NCBI GenBank assembly: GCA_964291675.2
Contig: OZ219866.1
Coordinates: forward strand, 2,272,001 to 2,336,000
Direction: 5' to 3'
From: Alphaproteobacteria bacterium
GTDB taxonomy: Bacteria; Pseudomonadota; Alphaproteobacteria; MPNO01
Length of the DNA stretch: 64,000 nucleotides
The notes beneath the pieces were generated by a model that made no database searches, was not told where the DNA came from, and saw only the letters and a list, made by a program, of their open reading frames with translations. Position 1 is the stretch's first letter, and every line of letters starts with the position of its first letter. The position numbers and the translations under genes were made by a program. Of this stretch, positions 10,961 to 21,889 are shown piece after piece.

Positions 10961-11935
10961 CTACAGGTAGCTGCCGTCGATCGCGAAGTCGTAAGAGTCC
11001 AGCGCCTTGTCGAGCTGGCCCTGCTTGACGAAGAAGTCGGCCACCTCCTTGGTGAACTTCTGCACCGTGCCGCCCAGCCAGGCCGCTGACTTCTGGTCCC
11101 CCGCCGAGGGGAAGGAGAACATGCCGAGCATGTTTTCCGTCGCGGCGAGGTCCATTCCGGCGGCCTTGGAGATGGTCTTGAAGTAGCGCTTGGGCTCCTT
11201 GTCGTAGGCCGCGTTCGCCTGGTCGGTGACGCTCATGAACTTCTTCAGGAGGTCCGGGTGCTCCTTGGCGAACTTCTCGGTCGCCGAGACCACGTCGAAG
11301 ACGCGGATGCCGATGGCTTCCTGCTCCTTGGCGGTCATCAGCTCCGCGCCGTACTCCTTCATGCGCTGTAGCGGCCCGCCGAAGGCGCAGGCCGCGGCGA
11401 CGTCGCCGCGCGCCAGCGCGACCGCGGCGTCCGCGCCGTTCATCTGGACCATGTTGACCTTCGCGGCGTCGACGCCCAGGTGATCGAGCGTGCGCAGCAG
11501 CTTGTAGTGGGTCACGTTGCCGATCGGCGTGGCGATCTTCATGCCCTCGAGCTTCGCCGCATTGGCCTTGCTGATCCCGGTATCGCGGTGGACCACGCAG
11601 TTGTCGGCCTCGGCATAGCTCACCGCCACGCCGACCAGCTTGAGCGGCAGGCCGTTGGAGACCGCGACCACCCAGGGAACCAGGCCCTGCGAATAGGCGA
11701 TGTGGACGTCGCCCGAGGCCATCGCCTGGCTCATCTCGTTGCCGTTGCCGAAGGCGCGCCATTCCACCTCGACGCCGAGCGCCTTGTCATAGGTCTTCTC
11801 GAGCTGGGCGACCTGGTTGGCGGTCGGCCATTCGAGGAAATAGGCCACCGTGATCTTGTCCAGGGCCGATGCCGACGAGGCGAGCAGCATCGCGAGCCCC
11901 GCCGCGACAGCCGCCGTGAGTTTGGTCCGTGTCAT
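10961..11935 (-). CDS. tauA: Taurine/sulfonate ABC transporter substrate-binding protein
   Basis: Signal peptide MTRTKLTAAVAAGLAMLLASSASA, then VAYFLEWPT and SQGLVP motifs of alphaproteobacterial TauA; GGAGGAG RBS before the ATG at 11935. Confidence 0.88.
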   Translation of the reverse strand: MTRTKLTAAVAAGLAMLLASSASALDKITVAYFLEWPTANQVAQLEKTYDKALGVEVEWRAFGNGNEMSQAMASGDVHIAYSQGLVPWVVAVSNGLPLKLVGVAVSYAEADNCVVHRDTGISKANAAKLEGMKIATPIGNVTHYKLLRTLDHLGVDAAKVNMVQMNGADAAVALARGDVAAACAFGGPLQRMKEYGAELMTAKEQEAIGIRVFDVVSATEKFAKEHPDLLKKFMSVTDQANAAYDKEPKRYFKTISKAAGMDLAATENMLGMFSFPSAGDQKSAAWLGGTVQKFTKEVADFFVKQGQLDKALDSYDFAIDGSYL

Positions 11936-12179
11936 GTCTAACGCTCCTCCCGGTGTTCGATGAACAGGTTGTGACGCGTCGCGATGCCGTGCTGCGCGCA
12001 GTGTCCGGCATCCCTGGCTCCAAGACGGGTAGCGGGCGGGCCGGGAGACTCGCGAGAGCCGACGCGGCTCGCGCCCGGATCGGCAAAGCAACGTGGGACG
12101 TCGCCGTTCATGCTCGAACACCGGCCTGACTGCACGGTGGAACCGCGGGCACCGCTTGCTCGTGTCGGGTTCCAGTTGC
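11936..12179 (-). promoter_or_regulatory. Long, highly structured 5' leader of tauA (candidate cis-regulatory RNA)
   Basis: Promoter position implies about 240 nt of leader. A long-range stem (CCGGTGTTCGA at 11950-11960 with TCGAACACCGG at 12114-12124) encloses three hairpins and abuts the RBS. Confidence 0.45.
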
Positions 12180-12185
12180 TCTTCA

Positions 12186-12214
12186 ATTCTCATGTAAACG
12201 TTTGCACCCGTCAA
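12186..12214 (-). promoter_or_regulatory. Sigma70-like promoter of tauABC-xsc-pta
   Basis: Minus strand TTGACG-N17-GAGAAT in an AT-rich island. Confidence 0.65.
12193..12206. promoter_or_regulatory. LacI-family operator 1
   Basis: TGTAAACGTTTGCA, a near-perfect palindrome with central CG, lying inside the promoter spacer. Confidence 0.75.
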
Positions 12215-12243
12215 TAAAGGAACGGCAGGATTCGCGGGCCGTT

Positions 12244-13287
12244 TCAGACCGCCGGTTCGACGGCCTTGCAGGTGCCGCGCACGATCAGCTCCAGCGGGCA
12301 GCAATGTTCGTGATGGAAGTCCGCCTCAGGCCAGTCGATCATCTCGATCAGGACGTCGGCGGCGAGCTGTCCGATCCGGCGCGCCGGAATGCGCACCGTG
12401 GTGAGGCCGGGCTCGAATGCCGACGAGCCGCGGAAATCGCCGATGCCGATCACCGAGATGTCGTCCGGCACCCGGATGCCGAGGGAGGAGGCGGCGAAGA
12501 TGGCTCCCTGGGCGATGACGTCGTTGCCGGCGAGGATGGCGGTCGGCCGGGCGCCGTCCCGCAGATCGCGGGCGATCGTCTCTTTCGACATGCGGACGTC
12601 GTAGGGGCAGACCATGCGCCGCCGGTCCGCAACCGGCAGCCCGGCTTCGCGCACCGCGTCCATCGCCCCCTTGCGCCGGCCCGCCGCCCGGTCGTTGGAG
12701 CGCTCCTCGCCGGTGGCGAACAGGATGTCGCGATGGCCGAGCGCCAGCAGATGCTCCGCCGCCATCCGCCCGGCCAGCTCGTTGTCGAAGCCGATACACG
12801 GCCAGTCCTGTCCGGGCCGGTAGTTCCACAGCAGGGCGGCGGGAATGCCCTGCCGCTCGATCTGCATCAGCGTCTCCCGGCGATGCTCCAGCCCGATCAG
12901 GGCCAGCGCGTCGACCCGCTGTTCCGAGAGCGAGCGGACCAGCACGGTCTCGCGCGCGAGGTCGTAGCCATGCGCGGCGATCAGCATGGTCCGCCCGTGG
13001 ATCGCCAGGGCGGACGAGATGGTCTGGAGCATCTCCGAGAAGATCGCGTTGTCGATCGTGGGCACGACCAGCCCGACGCATCCCGTGGTGCCGCTCGCCA
13101 TGCTGCTCACCGCCCGGTTGCGGACATAGCCCAGCTCGTCGACCGCCTTGCGGATGCGTTCCCGGGTCGGGTACCGGACGATGTCGGGATTGTTGAAATA
13201 TCGTGAAACGGTGGCCGGCGAGACCTTGGCCCGGCTCGCCACGTCGACGATTCCCGGCAGGCGTTCGCGCTTTCTGGATCGTGCCAT
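12244..13287 (-). CDS. LacI-family transcriptional regulator (probable sulfoacetate/sulfonate regulator)
   Basis: N-terminal HTH IVDVASRAKVSPATVSRYFN, ELGYVRN hinge, periplasmic-binding-like domain (VPDDISVIG, LTTV). Confidence 0.93.
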   Translation of the reverse strand: MARSRKRERLPGIVDVASRAKVSPATVSRYFNNPDIVRYPTRERIRKAVDELGYVRNRAVSSMASGTTGCVGLVVPTIDNAIFSEMLQTISSALAIHGRTMLIAAHGYDLARETVLVRSLSEQRVDALALIGLEHRRETLMQIERQGIPAALLWNYRPGQDWPCIGFDNELAGRMAAEHLLALGHRDILFATGEERSNDRAAGRRKGAMDAVREAGLPVADRRRMVCPYDVRMSKETIARDLRDGARPTAILAGNDVIAQGAIFAASSLGIRVPDDISVIGIGDFRGSSAFEPGLTTVRIPARRIGQLAADVLIEMIDWPEADFHHEHCCPLELIVRGTCKAVEPAV

Positions 13288-13411
13288 GGTCAGGGCGGCG
13301 ACACTTGAAATTCCAGTCGAATATCTAGCTTGCAGGGCTCGAATACTGCAAGGGAAGTGTCTCCTGTCCGCGGTTCGAGCCGGTCGAACGCCGGACGATC
13401 GGCGACAATAA

Positions 13412-13425
13412 TGAAAACATTTACA
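13412..13425. promoter_or_regulatory. LacI-family operator 2
   Basis: TGAAAACATTTACA, matching the TGTAAACGTTTACA consensus at 12 of 14 positions, upstream of tctA. Confidence 0.65.
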
Positions 13426-13567
13426 GGGGTTATTTCATCGACTAGCGTTTTGGCAGACGCGGACTGCTTCAGGCTTCGAAAGGCGCGCTCCCCGACAGCC
13501 GGCTGAGAAGGGCCCGAGAGGCGCCCGGCTTGCGGCGCGCCGAACCCGGACGGGACAGGAAGCGGGT

Positions 13568-15085
13568 TTGGAATTTCTCGACCATTTCGGCGCGGTCTTC
13601 ACATGGTCCTCCATGCTGATCCTGTGCGCCGGCACGGTGGGCGGGCTGCTGCTGGGCGCGACGCCCGGCCTGTCGCCGACCATGGCGGTCGCCCTCTTGA
13701 TCCCGTTCACCTTCCACATGGACCCCGCCCAGGGCCTGATGCTGCTGGGCGCGGCCTATACCTCGACCGTCGCCGGCGGCGCGGTCAGCGCCATCCTGCT
13801 CAACATCCCGGGCGCGCCGGCCAACATCGCCACCGCGCTCGACGGCAACGTCATGGCGCGCAAGGGCGCGGGGGCGCGCGCCCTGCAGATCTGCTTCACC
13901 TCCTCGGCGATCGGCGGCGTCCTCGGCATCCTGGTGCTGATCTTCCTCACCCCCGTGCTGGCCGCCTGGGCGCTCAAGTTCGGCCCGTCGCATCTGTTCT
14001 GGGTGGCCATCCTGGGGGTCACCATCATCGGCACGCTGGACTCCAAATCCGTCGTCAAGGGGCTGCTCGCCGGCTGCATCGGCCTGTGGATCGCCATGAT
14101 CGGCGCGGACACGATCCAGGGCGTCGAGCGCTTCATCTTCACCGACGAGCTCGAAGGCGGCGTCAACATCATCGCCGCCCTGATCGGCCTGTTCGCGATC
14201 CCCCAGGTGATCGAGATGCTGGAGGGCGGGCGCAGCGATCCGCGCCGCAGCGTCTTCGAGGTCAGGCGCGCCAATGTCTGGCGTTCGGCGCTGGAGACGC
14301 TGTCGAAGGCGAGGGCGCTGGCGATCGGCGGCATCGTCGGCACGATCATCGGTCTGATCCCCGGCGCCGGCGGGCAGATCGCCGGTCTGGTCGCCTACGA
14401 CCAGTCGCGGCGCTTCTCCCGAAACCGGGAGAAATACGGCACCGGCGAGAGCGAGGGCGTGGTGGCGGCCGAGAGCGCGAACAACGCCATGGTCGGGCCG
14501 TCCCTGGTGCCGCTGCTCACGCTCTCGGTGCCGGGCAGCCCGACCGCGGCGGTCCTGCTCGGCGGGCTCCTGATCCACGGCATCTTCCCCGGGCCGGATC
14601 TGTTCCAGCAACACGCCTCGGTCGCCTACGCCTTCATCAACTCCATGCTGATCGGCCAGATCCTGATGCTGGTGTTCGGCCTGGCGATCGCCGGGGTGAG
14701 CGCCATGGTGATCCGGGTGAAGCCGCCGATCCTCGCCGGCGCCATCCTGGTCCTCGCGGTGTTCGGCAGCTACAGCGTGCAGAACTCGATGGCCGACGTG
14801 GCGATCATGCTCGCCCTCGGCCTCGGCATGTATTTCCTTGCCCAGTACGGCTTCAGCCCGGCGCCGCTGGTGCTCGGCGTCATCCTGGGCCCGATCGCCG
14901 AGTACAACTACGTCCAGGGCCGGATCCTGGGCGAGGCCCAGGACGGCATCGCGGCCTATTTCCTGACCGGCTGGCTCAACCTGCTGCTGATCGGCCTGGT
15001 GGCGCTGTCGCTGGGCTTCAGCCTGTACTCCGAGATCCAGGCCAGGCTTCGCGCCAGGGCGGAAGCCGGGGAGGCAGCCGCGTGA
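13568..15085 (+). CDS. tctA: Tripartite tricarboxylate transporter large permease
   Basis: GATPGLSPTMAVALL, AILLNIPG, AAESANNA and PLLTLSVPGS motifs. Confidence 0.93.
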   Translation: MEFLDHFGAVFTWSSMLILCAGTVGGLLLGATPGLSPTMAVALLIPFTFHMDPAQGLMLLGAAYTSTVAGGAVSAILLNIPGAPANIATALDGNVMARKGAGARALQICFTSSAIGGVLGILVLIFLTPVLAAWALKFGPSHLFWVAILGVTIIGTLDSKSVVKGLLAGCIGLWIAMIGADTIQGVERFIFTDELEGGVNIIAALIGLFAIPQVIEMLEGGRSDPRRSVFEVRRANVWRSALETLSKARALAIGGIVGTIIGLIPGAGGQIAGLVAYDQSRRFSRNREKYGTGESEGVVAAESANNAMVGPSLVPLLTLSVPGSPTAAVLLGGLLIHGIFPGPDLFQQHASVAYAFINSMLIGQILMLVFGLAIAGVSAMVIRVKPPILAGAILVLAVFGSYSVQNSMADVAIMLALGLGMYFLAQYGFSPAPLVLGVILGPIAEYNYVQGRILGEAQDGIAAYFLTGWLNLLLIGLVALSLGFSLYSEIQARLRARAEAGEAAA

Positions 15086-15567
15086 CCGGCGCGACCGTCC
15101 CCGGACCCGCCGCCGGCCGGCTCCAGCAGACGGCCGCGGCGGCGATAATCCTGGCGGTGGCGTGCTGGATCGCCTTCGTCAGCTTCGACGTCGAGGACCC
15201 GCAGCCCTATCTGTTCCCGCAGCTGTTCTCCGGGATCATGGCGTTGCTGGCCCTGATCGTGGTCTTCCGGGCGGCGCGCGGCCTGGACCGCACCGCGGCG
15301 GGAATCGCGGGGCGGACGTTCCGCAATATCGCGCCCGGCCTCGCGGCGATGCTGATTTATGTCTTCGGGCTGGCCGAGTGGCTGGGTTTCTACGCCGCCG
15401 CCTTCCTCGCCATGTTCGCGCTGTACAGCCTGTACGACCCGAATCCGCACCGCAGCGTGCGGAGCTGGGCGGTGAGATTCGCCGTCACTTCCGGGTTCAT
15501 CGCCGTCATCTATGCCGTCTTCGCCCAGGGCCTCAAGGTGCATACCCCCGAAGGGGTCCTGTTCTAG
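15082..15567 (+). CDS. tctB: Tripartite tricarboxylate transporter small permease
   Basis: GTGA overlap with the tctA stop, 161-aa hydrophobic protein, PYLFP and terminal LKVHTPEG motifs. Confidence 0.85.
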   Translation: MTGATVPGPAAGRLQQTAAAAIILAVACWIAFVSFDVEDPQPYLFPQLFSGIMALLALIVVFRAARGLDRTAAGIAGRTFRNIAPGLAAMLIYVFGLAEWLGFYAAAFLAMFALYSLYDPNPHRSVRSWAVRFAVTSGFIAVIYAVFAQGLKVHTPEGVLF

Positions 15568-15632
15568 CCGTGCCGTCGGCCCGGCTGCCAACCGGCGTTC
15601 GCGCCAAGCAAGGAAACTGGAGGAAGCGAAAG

Positions 15633-16595
15633 ATGAAGATGACCACCATCGCGGCGGCGGCGCTTGCCGTCGTGCTGCCGGCGGGGCTTGCGGTCGCCGC
15701 CGACGACTATCCCGCCAAGCCGGTCAGCCTGATGATCGCCTACAGCCCGGGCGGCGCGACCGACTTCCAGGCCCGCATCGTCACCATGGTGGCGGCGAAC
15801 AAGGACCTGCTGGGCCAGCCGATCGTCATCATCAACCGGCCGGGCGCCGGCGGCAGGACGGGCTGGAACCACTTCGCCTCCAAGGCGTCGACCGACGGCT
15901 ACCAGCTTGCCGCCTACAACGTCCCGCACTTCATCGCCCAGTCGATCAAGTTCAAGGTCAAGTACAACATCGACAATCTCGAGCCGATCGCCAACTGGGG
16001 CGCCGATCCGGCCGTGCTGGTCGTCAACAAGGACAGCAAGTTCAATTCGGTGAAGGACCTCGCGGCCTGGGCGAAGGACAACCCGGGCAAGGTGACGGTG
16101 TCCGGCGCCGGCCTGTTCGTCGGCCACCACATCGCGTTCCTGCAGATCCAGCAGGCGCTCGGCGTGAAGCTGAGCTACGTCCCGCACAAAGGCGGCGCGC
16201 CGGCGCTCAAGTCGGTGCTGGGCGGCCAGGTGATGGCGGGGGTCAACAACCTGTCGGACTCGTATCGCAGCCGCGCCAATCTGAAGATCCTCGGCATCGC
16301 CGATCTCCAGCGGGACAAGCAGTTCCTGCCCGACGTGCCGACCTTCAAGGAGCAGGGCTACGACGTCGACGATTCCTCGGTGAACTTCCGCGGCATCATG
16401 GTCCGCAAGGGCACGCCGCAGGCGGTCATCGACAAGCTGGCCAAGATCGCGCCGACCATGTTCGCCAACGCCCGCGTCGCCAAGCAGATGCGCATCGGCG
16501 GCTCGCCCATCCGCATCATGGACCGCGCCGCGGTCAAAAAGATGTGGGCCGAGCGCCAGACCTTCTTGACCGGCCTGTTGAAGGGGCTGAAATAG
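15633..16595 (+). CDS. tctC: Tripartite tricarboxylate transporter substrate-binding protein (Bug/TctC)
   Basis: Signal peptide, YPAKPV, SPGGATD, NRPGAGG and PDVPTFKEQG motifs; GGAGG RBS upstream. Confidence 0.92.
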   Translation: MKMTTIAAAALAVVLPAGLAVAADDYPAKPVSLMIAYSPGGATDFQARIVTMVAANKDLLGQPIVIINRPGAGGRTGWNHFASKASTDGYQLAAYNVPHFIAQSIKFKVKYNIDNLEPIANWGADPAVLVVNKDSKFNSVKDLAAWAKDNPGKVTVSGAGLFVGHHIAFLQIQQALGVKLSYVPHKGGAPALKSVLGGQVMAGVNNLSDSYRSRANLKILGIADLQRDKQFLPDVPTFKEQGYDVDDSSVNFRGIMVRKGTPQAVIDKLAKIAPTMFANARVAKQMRIGGSPIRIMDRAAVKKMWAERQTFLTGLLKGLK

Positions 16596-16611
16596 ACGTA
16601 TTCCATGGAAG

Positions 16612-16643
16612 GCCGCCGCCATCCGCCGCTGGATGGCGGCGGC
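16612..16643 (+). terminator. Intra-operon hairpin after tctC (mRNA stabiliser or partial terminator)
   Basis: GCCGCCGCCATCC-gccgct-GGATGGCGGCGGC, a 13-bp perfect stem with no U-tract. Confidence 0.5.
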
Positions 16644-16698
16644 GCCGGGCTCCGCGGTCGCAACAGAGGCGACGCCCGGCCGAGATACGGAGAGCGCG

Positions 16699-18156
16699 GT
16701 GACTGACGAGTCTGCAATCGCGATGGCCTCGCCGCCATCGGGCGAAGCCACGATGCCGGAATCCGGCCCGGAATCCATCGTCGCCGGTCTGATGGAACGC
16801 GCCCGGGCGGCGATGGATGCCTACGACAACCACGACCAGGCGCGGGTCGACGAGGCCGTGACCGCGCTCGCCTGGTCGATCTACAAGCCCGAGAATGCGA
16901 GGGCGCTGGCCGAGCTCGCGGTCGAGGACACCGGCCTCGGCAATGTCGAGAGCAAGATCGTCAAGAACACCCGCAAGACCTTCGGCACCCTGCGCGACCT
17001 GATGCGGGTGCGCACGGTCGGCGCGATCGAGGAGCTGCCCGAGCGCGGCCTGGTGAAGTACGGCAAGCCGGTCGGCGTCGTCGGGGCGGTCTGCCCGTCG
17101 ACCAACCCGGCGGCGACCCCGGTCAACAAGGCGATGATGGCGCTCAAGGGCGGCAATGCGGTCATCGTCGCGCCGTCGCCCGCGGGCCAGAAGACCACGG
17201 CCGAGACCGTGCGCCTGATGCGCGCGGAGCTGGCGAAGGCGGGCCATCCCGAAGACCTGGTGCAGATCCTGCCGCCGCCGGTCGACAGGGCGATGACCCA
17301 GGTGCTGATGGACCGCTGCGACCTGGTCGTGGTCACCGGCAGCCAGAACAATGTCCGCCGCGCGATGAAGTCCGGCACGGTGACCATCGGCGTCGGCCCC
17401 GGCAACGTTCCGGTCATCGTCGATTCCAGCGCCGACCTGGCCGACGCGGCGCGAAAAATCTGCGCGTCGAAAATCTTCGACAACGCGACCTCCTGCTCGT
17501 CGGAGAACGCGGTCATCGTTCTCGACGACGTCTACGAATCCGCCTTGGCCGCCCTGGTCGAGGCCGGCGGCTATCGCTGCACGCCGCGCGAGAAGGCGGC
17601 GATAGAAGATGTGCTGTGGCGGGGCGGGATGCTGAACCGCCGCGTCATCGCCAAGGACGCCGACGTCGCCGCGCGCGCCTTCGGTCTGCCGGAAGCGGCC
17701 CAGCGCGCCAAATTCTTCATGGTCGAGGAGGCGCGGGTCGGAGGAAAGCACTCCTTCGCCGACGAGAAGCTCTCGCTGGTGCTCACGGTCTACCGCGCCC
17801 GGGACTTTGCCGACGCCAAGCGCATCGCGACGGCGATCCTGCGGGTCACCGGCCTCGGCCACTCCGTCGGCATCCACACCGCGGAGCTCGACCGCGCGCG
17901 CGATCTCGCTTCATCCACCGATGTCGTCCGGGTGCTGGTCAACCAGGCGCACACCTTCGGCAATGGCGGCAGCTTCGACAACGCGCTCCCGTTCACCCTG
18001 TCGATGGGCGGCGGAAGCTGGGCCGGCAACACGATCTCGGAGAACCTCAACTGGTCGCATTTCATCAACGTCACCCATCTGGTGACCACGATCTCCGAGG
18101 ACCGGCCGAGCGAGGAGGAGATGTTCGCCGGCCACTGGGCCAAATATGGGCGCTAG
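16699..18156 (+). CDS. sauS: CoA-acylating sulfoacetaldehyde dehydrogenase
   Basis: Acylating ALDH motifs PSTNP, VGPGN, SKIFDNATSCSSEN, EKLS, GHSVGIH and NGGSFDN; context of xsc, TTT and CoA ligase; start (GTG 16699 after GGAG) uncertain. Confidence 0.85.
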   Translation: MTDESAIAMASPPSGEATMPESGPESIVAGLMERARAAMDAYDNHDQARVDEAVTALAWSIYKPENARALAELAVEDTGLGNVESKIVKNTRKTFGTLRDLMRVRTVGAIEELPERGLVKYGKPVGVVGAVCPSTNPAATPVNKAMMALKGGNAVIVAPSPAGQKTTAETVRLMRAELAKAGHPEDLVQILPPPVDRAMTQVLMDRCDLVVVTGSQNNVRRAMKSGTVTIGVGPGNVPVIVDSSADLADAARKICASKIFDNATSCSSENAVIVLDDVYESALAALVEAGGYRCTPREKAAIEDVLWRGGMLNRRVIAKDADVAARAFGLPEAAQRAKFFMVEEARVGGKHSFADEKLSLVLTVYRARDFADAKRIATAILRVTGLGHSVGIHTAELDRARDLASSTDVVRVLVNQAHTFGNGGSFDNALPFTLSMGGGSWAGNTISENLNWSHFINVTHLVTTISEDRPSEEEMFAGHWAKYGR

Positions 18157-18198
18157 CTACGCCGGCCGGAGCGCGCGCGGGCGAGGTCGCGGCACGCC

Positions 18199-19329
18199 AT
18201 GAACTTCGAGGAACATGCCGGCAAGGCGCTGCTCGCGGCGCGGGGGATGCCGGTACCGGAGGGCGTCACTGTCGACTCCCCGGATGCCGCGGCCGACGCG
18301 GCACGCGCGCTCGGCGGTCCCTGCATCGTCAAGGCGCAGGCGCCGACGGGGAAGCGCGGCAAGGCCGGCGGCATCCGTCCCGCGGGCTCGCCCCGGGAAG
18401 CGCGTGAAGCGGCGGCCGACATTCTCGGCATGACCATCGAGGGGCATCGGATCGAGCGCCTGCTGGTCGAGCGGCGGGCCGCCATCGCCGCCGAGCTCTA
18501 CGCCGCGGTGCTGACCGATCCGGAGAGCCGCGGGCCGGTCGTCCTGTTCTCCACGCGAGGCGGCATGGAGGTCGAGGAGATCGCCGCCGCCGACCCTGGG
18601 GCCATGCGCCGGATCGAAGTCGACATCGCCCGGGGGCTTACCGCCGGGCAGGCTTCCGCCGCGCTCTCCGGCATGGATCTGCGCGGAGAAGAGGACGCGG
18701 TCGCCCGGTTTCTGGCCGAGCTCTACGCCGCCTACCGGGCGCTCGACGCGGAGCTGCTGGAGATCAACCCGCTGGCGCTGACCGACGGGGGGCGGCTGCT
18801 CTGCCTCGACTGCAAGTACGCGCTCGACGATTCCTCGGCCGGCCGGCAGGCGCCGGTGGCCGAGGCGGGGACGCCCGAACGCATGACGGCGCTGGAGGCC
18901 GAGGCCCACGCCGCCGGGCTGAAATATATCGAGCTCGACGGCAGTGTCGGCGTGCTGGCCAACGGCGCCGGTCTCACCATGGCGACCATGGACGCGATCG
19001 CCCATTACGGCGGCCGGCCGGCCAACTTCCTGGAGATCGGCGGCGAGGCCTATACCAAGGCCGAAACCGCGCTCACCATCCTGCTCGGGAATCCCGACAT
19101 CCGGTCCCTGCTGGTCAATTTCTGCGGCGCCTTCGCGCGTACCGACGTGATGGCGGAAGGAGTCGTGCAGGCGTGGCGCAAGCTCGATCCCGACATCCCG
19201 GTCTTCTTCTCGATCCACGGTACCGGGGAGGAGGCGGCGGTGGCGCTGGTCGAGCGCGAGCTGGGCCACCGGCCCTACGAGCTGATGGACGACGCGGTGC
19301 GGGCGGCGGTCGTCGCGGCGGCGCGATGA
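18199..19329 (+). CDS. Succinyl-CoA-synthetase beta-like ATP-grasp subunit, probable ADP-forming sulfoacetate-CoA ligase
   Basis: KAQ..TGKRGKAGG, GGMEVEE, EINPL, ANGAGL and PANFLEIGG motifs; follows sauS. Confidence 0.85.
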   Translation: MNFEEHAGKALLAARGMPVPEGVTVDSPDAAADAARALGGPCIVKAQAPTGKRGKAGGIRPAGSPREAREAAADILGMTIEGHRIERLLVERRAAIAAELYAAVLTDPESRGPVVLFSTRGGMEVEEIAAADPGAMRRIEVDIARGLTAGQASAALSGMDLRGEEDAVARFLAELYAAYRALDAELLEINPLALTDGGRLLCLDCKYALDDSSAGRQAPVAEAGTPERMTALEAEAHAAGLKYIELDGSVGVLANGAGLTMATMDAIAHYGGRPANFLEIGGEAYTKAETALTILLGNPDIRSLLVNFCGAFARTDVMAEGVVQAWRKLDPDIPVFFSIHGTGEEAAVALVERELGHRPYELMDDAVRAAVVAAAR

Positions 19330-20184
19330 TCCTGCGCCGGGACCACCGCATCCTGGTCCAGGGCGTGACCGGCAAGCAGGGCAGCTTCTGGACCCGGGCG
19401 ATGATCGACTACGGCGCGGCGGCGGTCGGCGGCGTCAACCCGCGCAAGGCGGGGACGGAGCATCTCGGCCTGCCGGTCTTCGCCTCGGCCGTGGAGGCGG
19501 CCAGGGAGGCGCCGTTCGACGTGGCGCTGATGTTCATCCCGCCGGCGATGGCGCGGCGGGCGGCGTTCGATGCCTGCGAGGCCGGCGCGCAACTGCTGGT
19601 TTGCCTGACCGAGCACATCCCGGCGCATGACGTGATGGAGATGCTGGCGGCGGCGCGGGCCAACGGCACGCGGATCGTGGGGCCGAACACCGCCGGGCTG
19701 GTGACCCCCGGCGAGACCTTCGCGGGCATCCTGCCGGCGTTCAACGAACGGGTCTTCCGGCCCGGCGGCGTCGGGGTGATTTCGCGCTCGGGCAGCCTCG
19801 GCACGCTGCTCAGCCTGGTGCTGACCCAGCACGGCTACGGCCAGTCGGCGGTCTATGGCGTCGGCGGCGATCCGATCGTCGGCACGACGACGCGCGAGGC
19901 GCTCGAAATCCTCGACGCCGACCCGCGCACCGAGGCGGTGGTGATCTGCGGCGAGATCGGCGGGACCGCCGAAGAGGACGCCGCCGAGTACGCCGCCGGC
20001 ATGGCCAAGCCGGTGGTCGCCTTCGTGGCCGGCCGCGCCTCGCCGCCGGGCAAGAAGATGGGCCATGCCGGCGCCATCGTTGCCGGCGGAAAGGGCGATT
20101 ACCGCGCCAAGCGAACGGCGCTGGAAGAAGCCGGCGTCGCCGTCGCCGACGTGCCGAGCGACATTCCCGCACTGCTTTCGGCGG

Positions 20185-21870
<1,686 letters not shown>

Positions 21871-21889
21871 GGGAGGCTCCTGGTTTCGC

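Noticed and set aside
11938-12186. 82-aa ORF spanning the tauA leader as a leader peptide
   Set aside because: It starts at a TTG at the predicted -10 element, upstream of the likely TSS, has no RBS and shows no informative composition
10961-12304. N-terminal extensions in the ORF track (tauA 447 aa; likewise aprA 759 aa, tctB 654 aa, DUF1194 553 aa, hydratase 482 aa, ThDP 745 aa)
   Set aside because: The extensions run through promoters or neighbouring genes. Homology-like sequence and RBS positions indicate the shorter starts reported
13329-13352. Inverted repeat CTTGCAG-N10-CTGCAAG upstream of lacI
   Set aside because: Single occurrence that may simply include a -35-like hexamer. Not enough support to call a binding site
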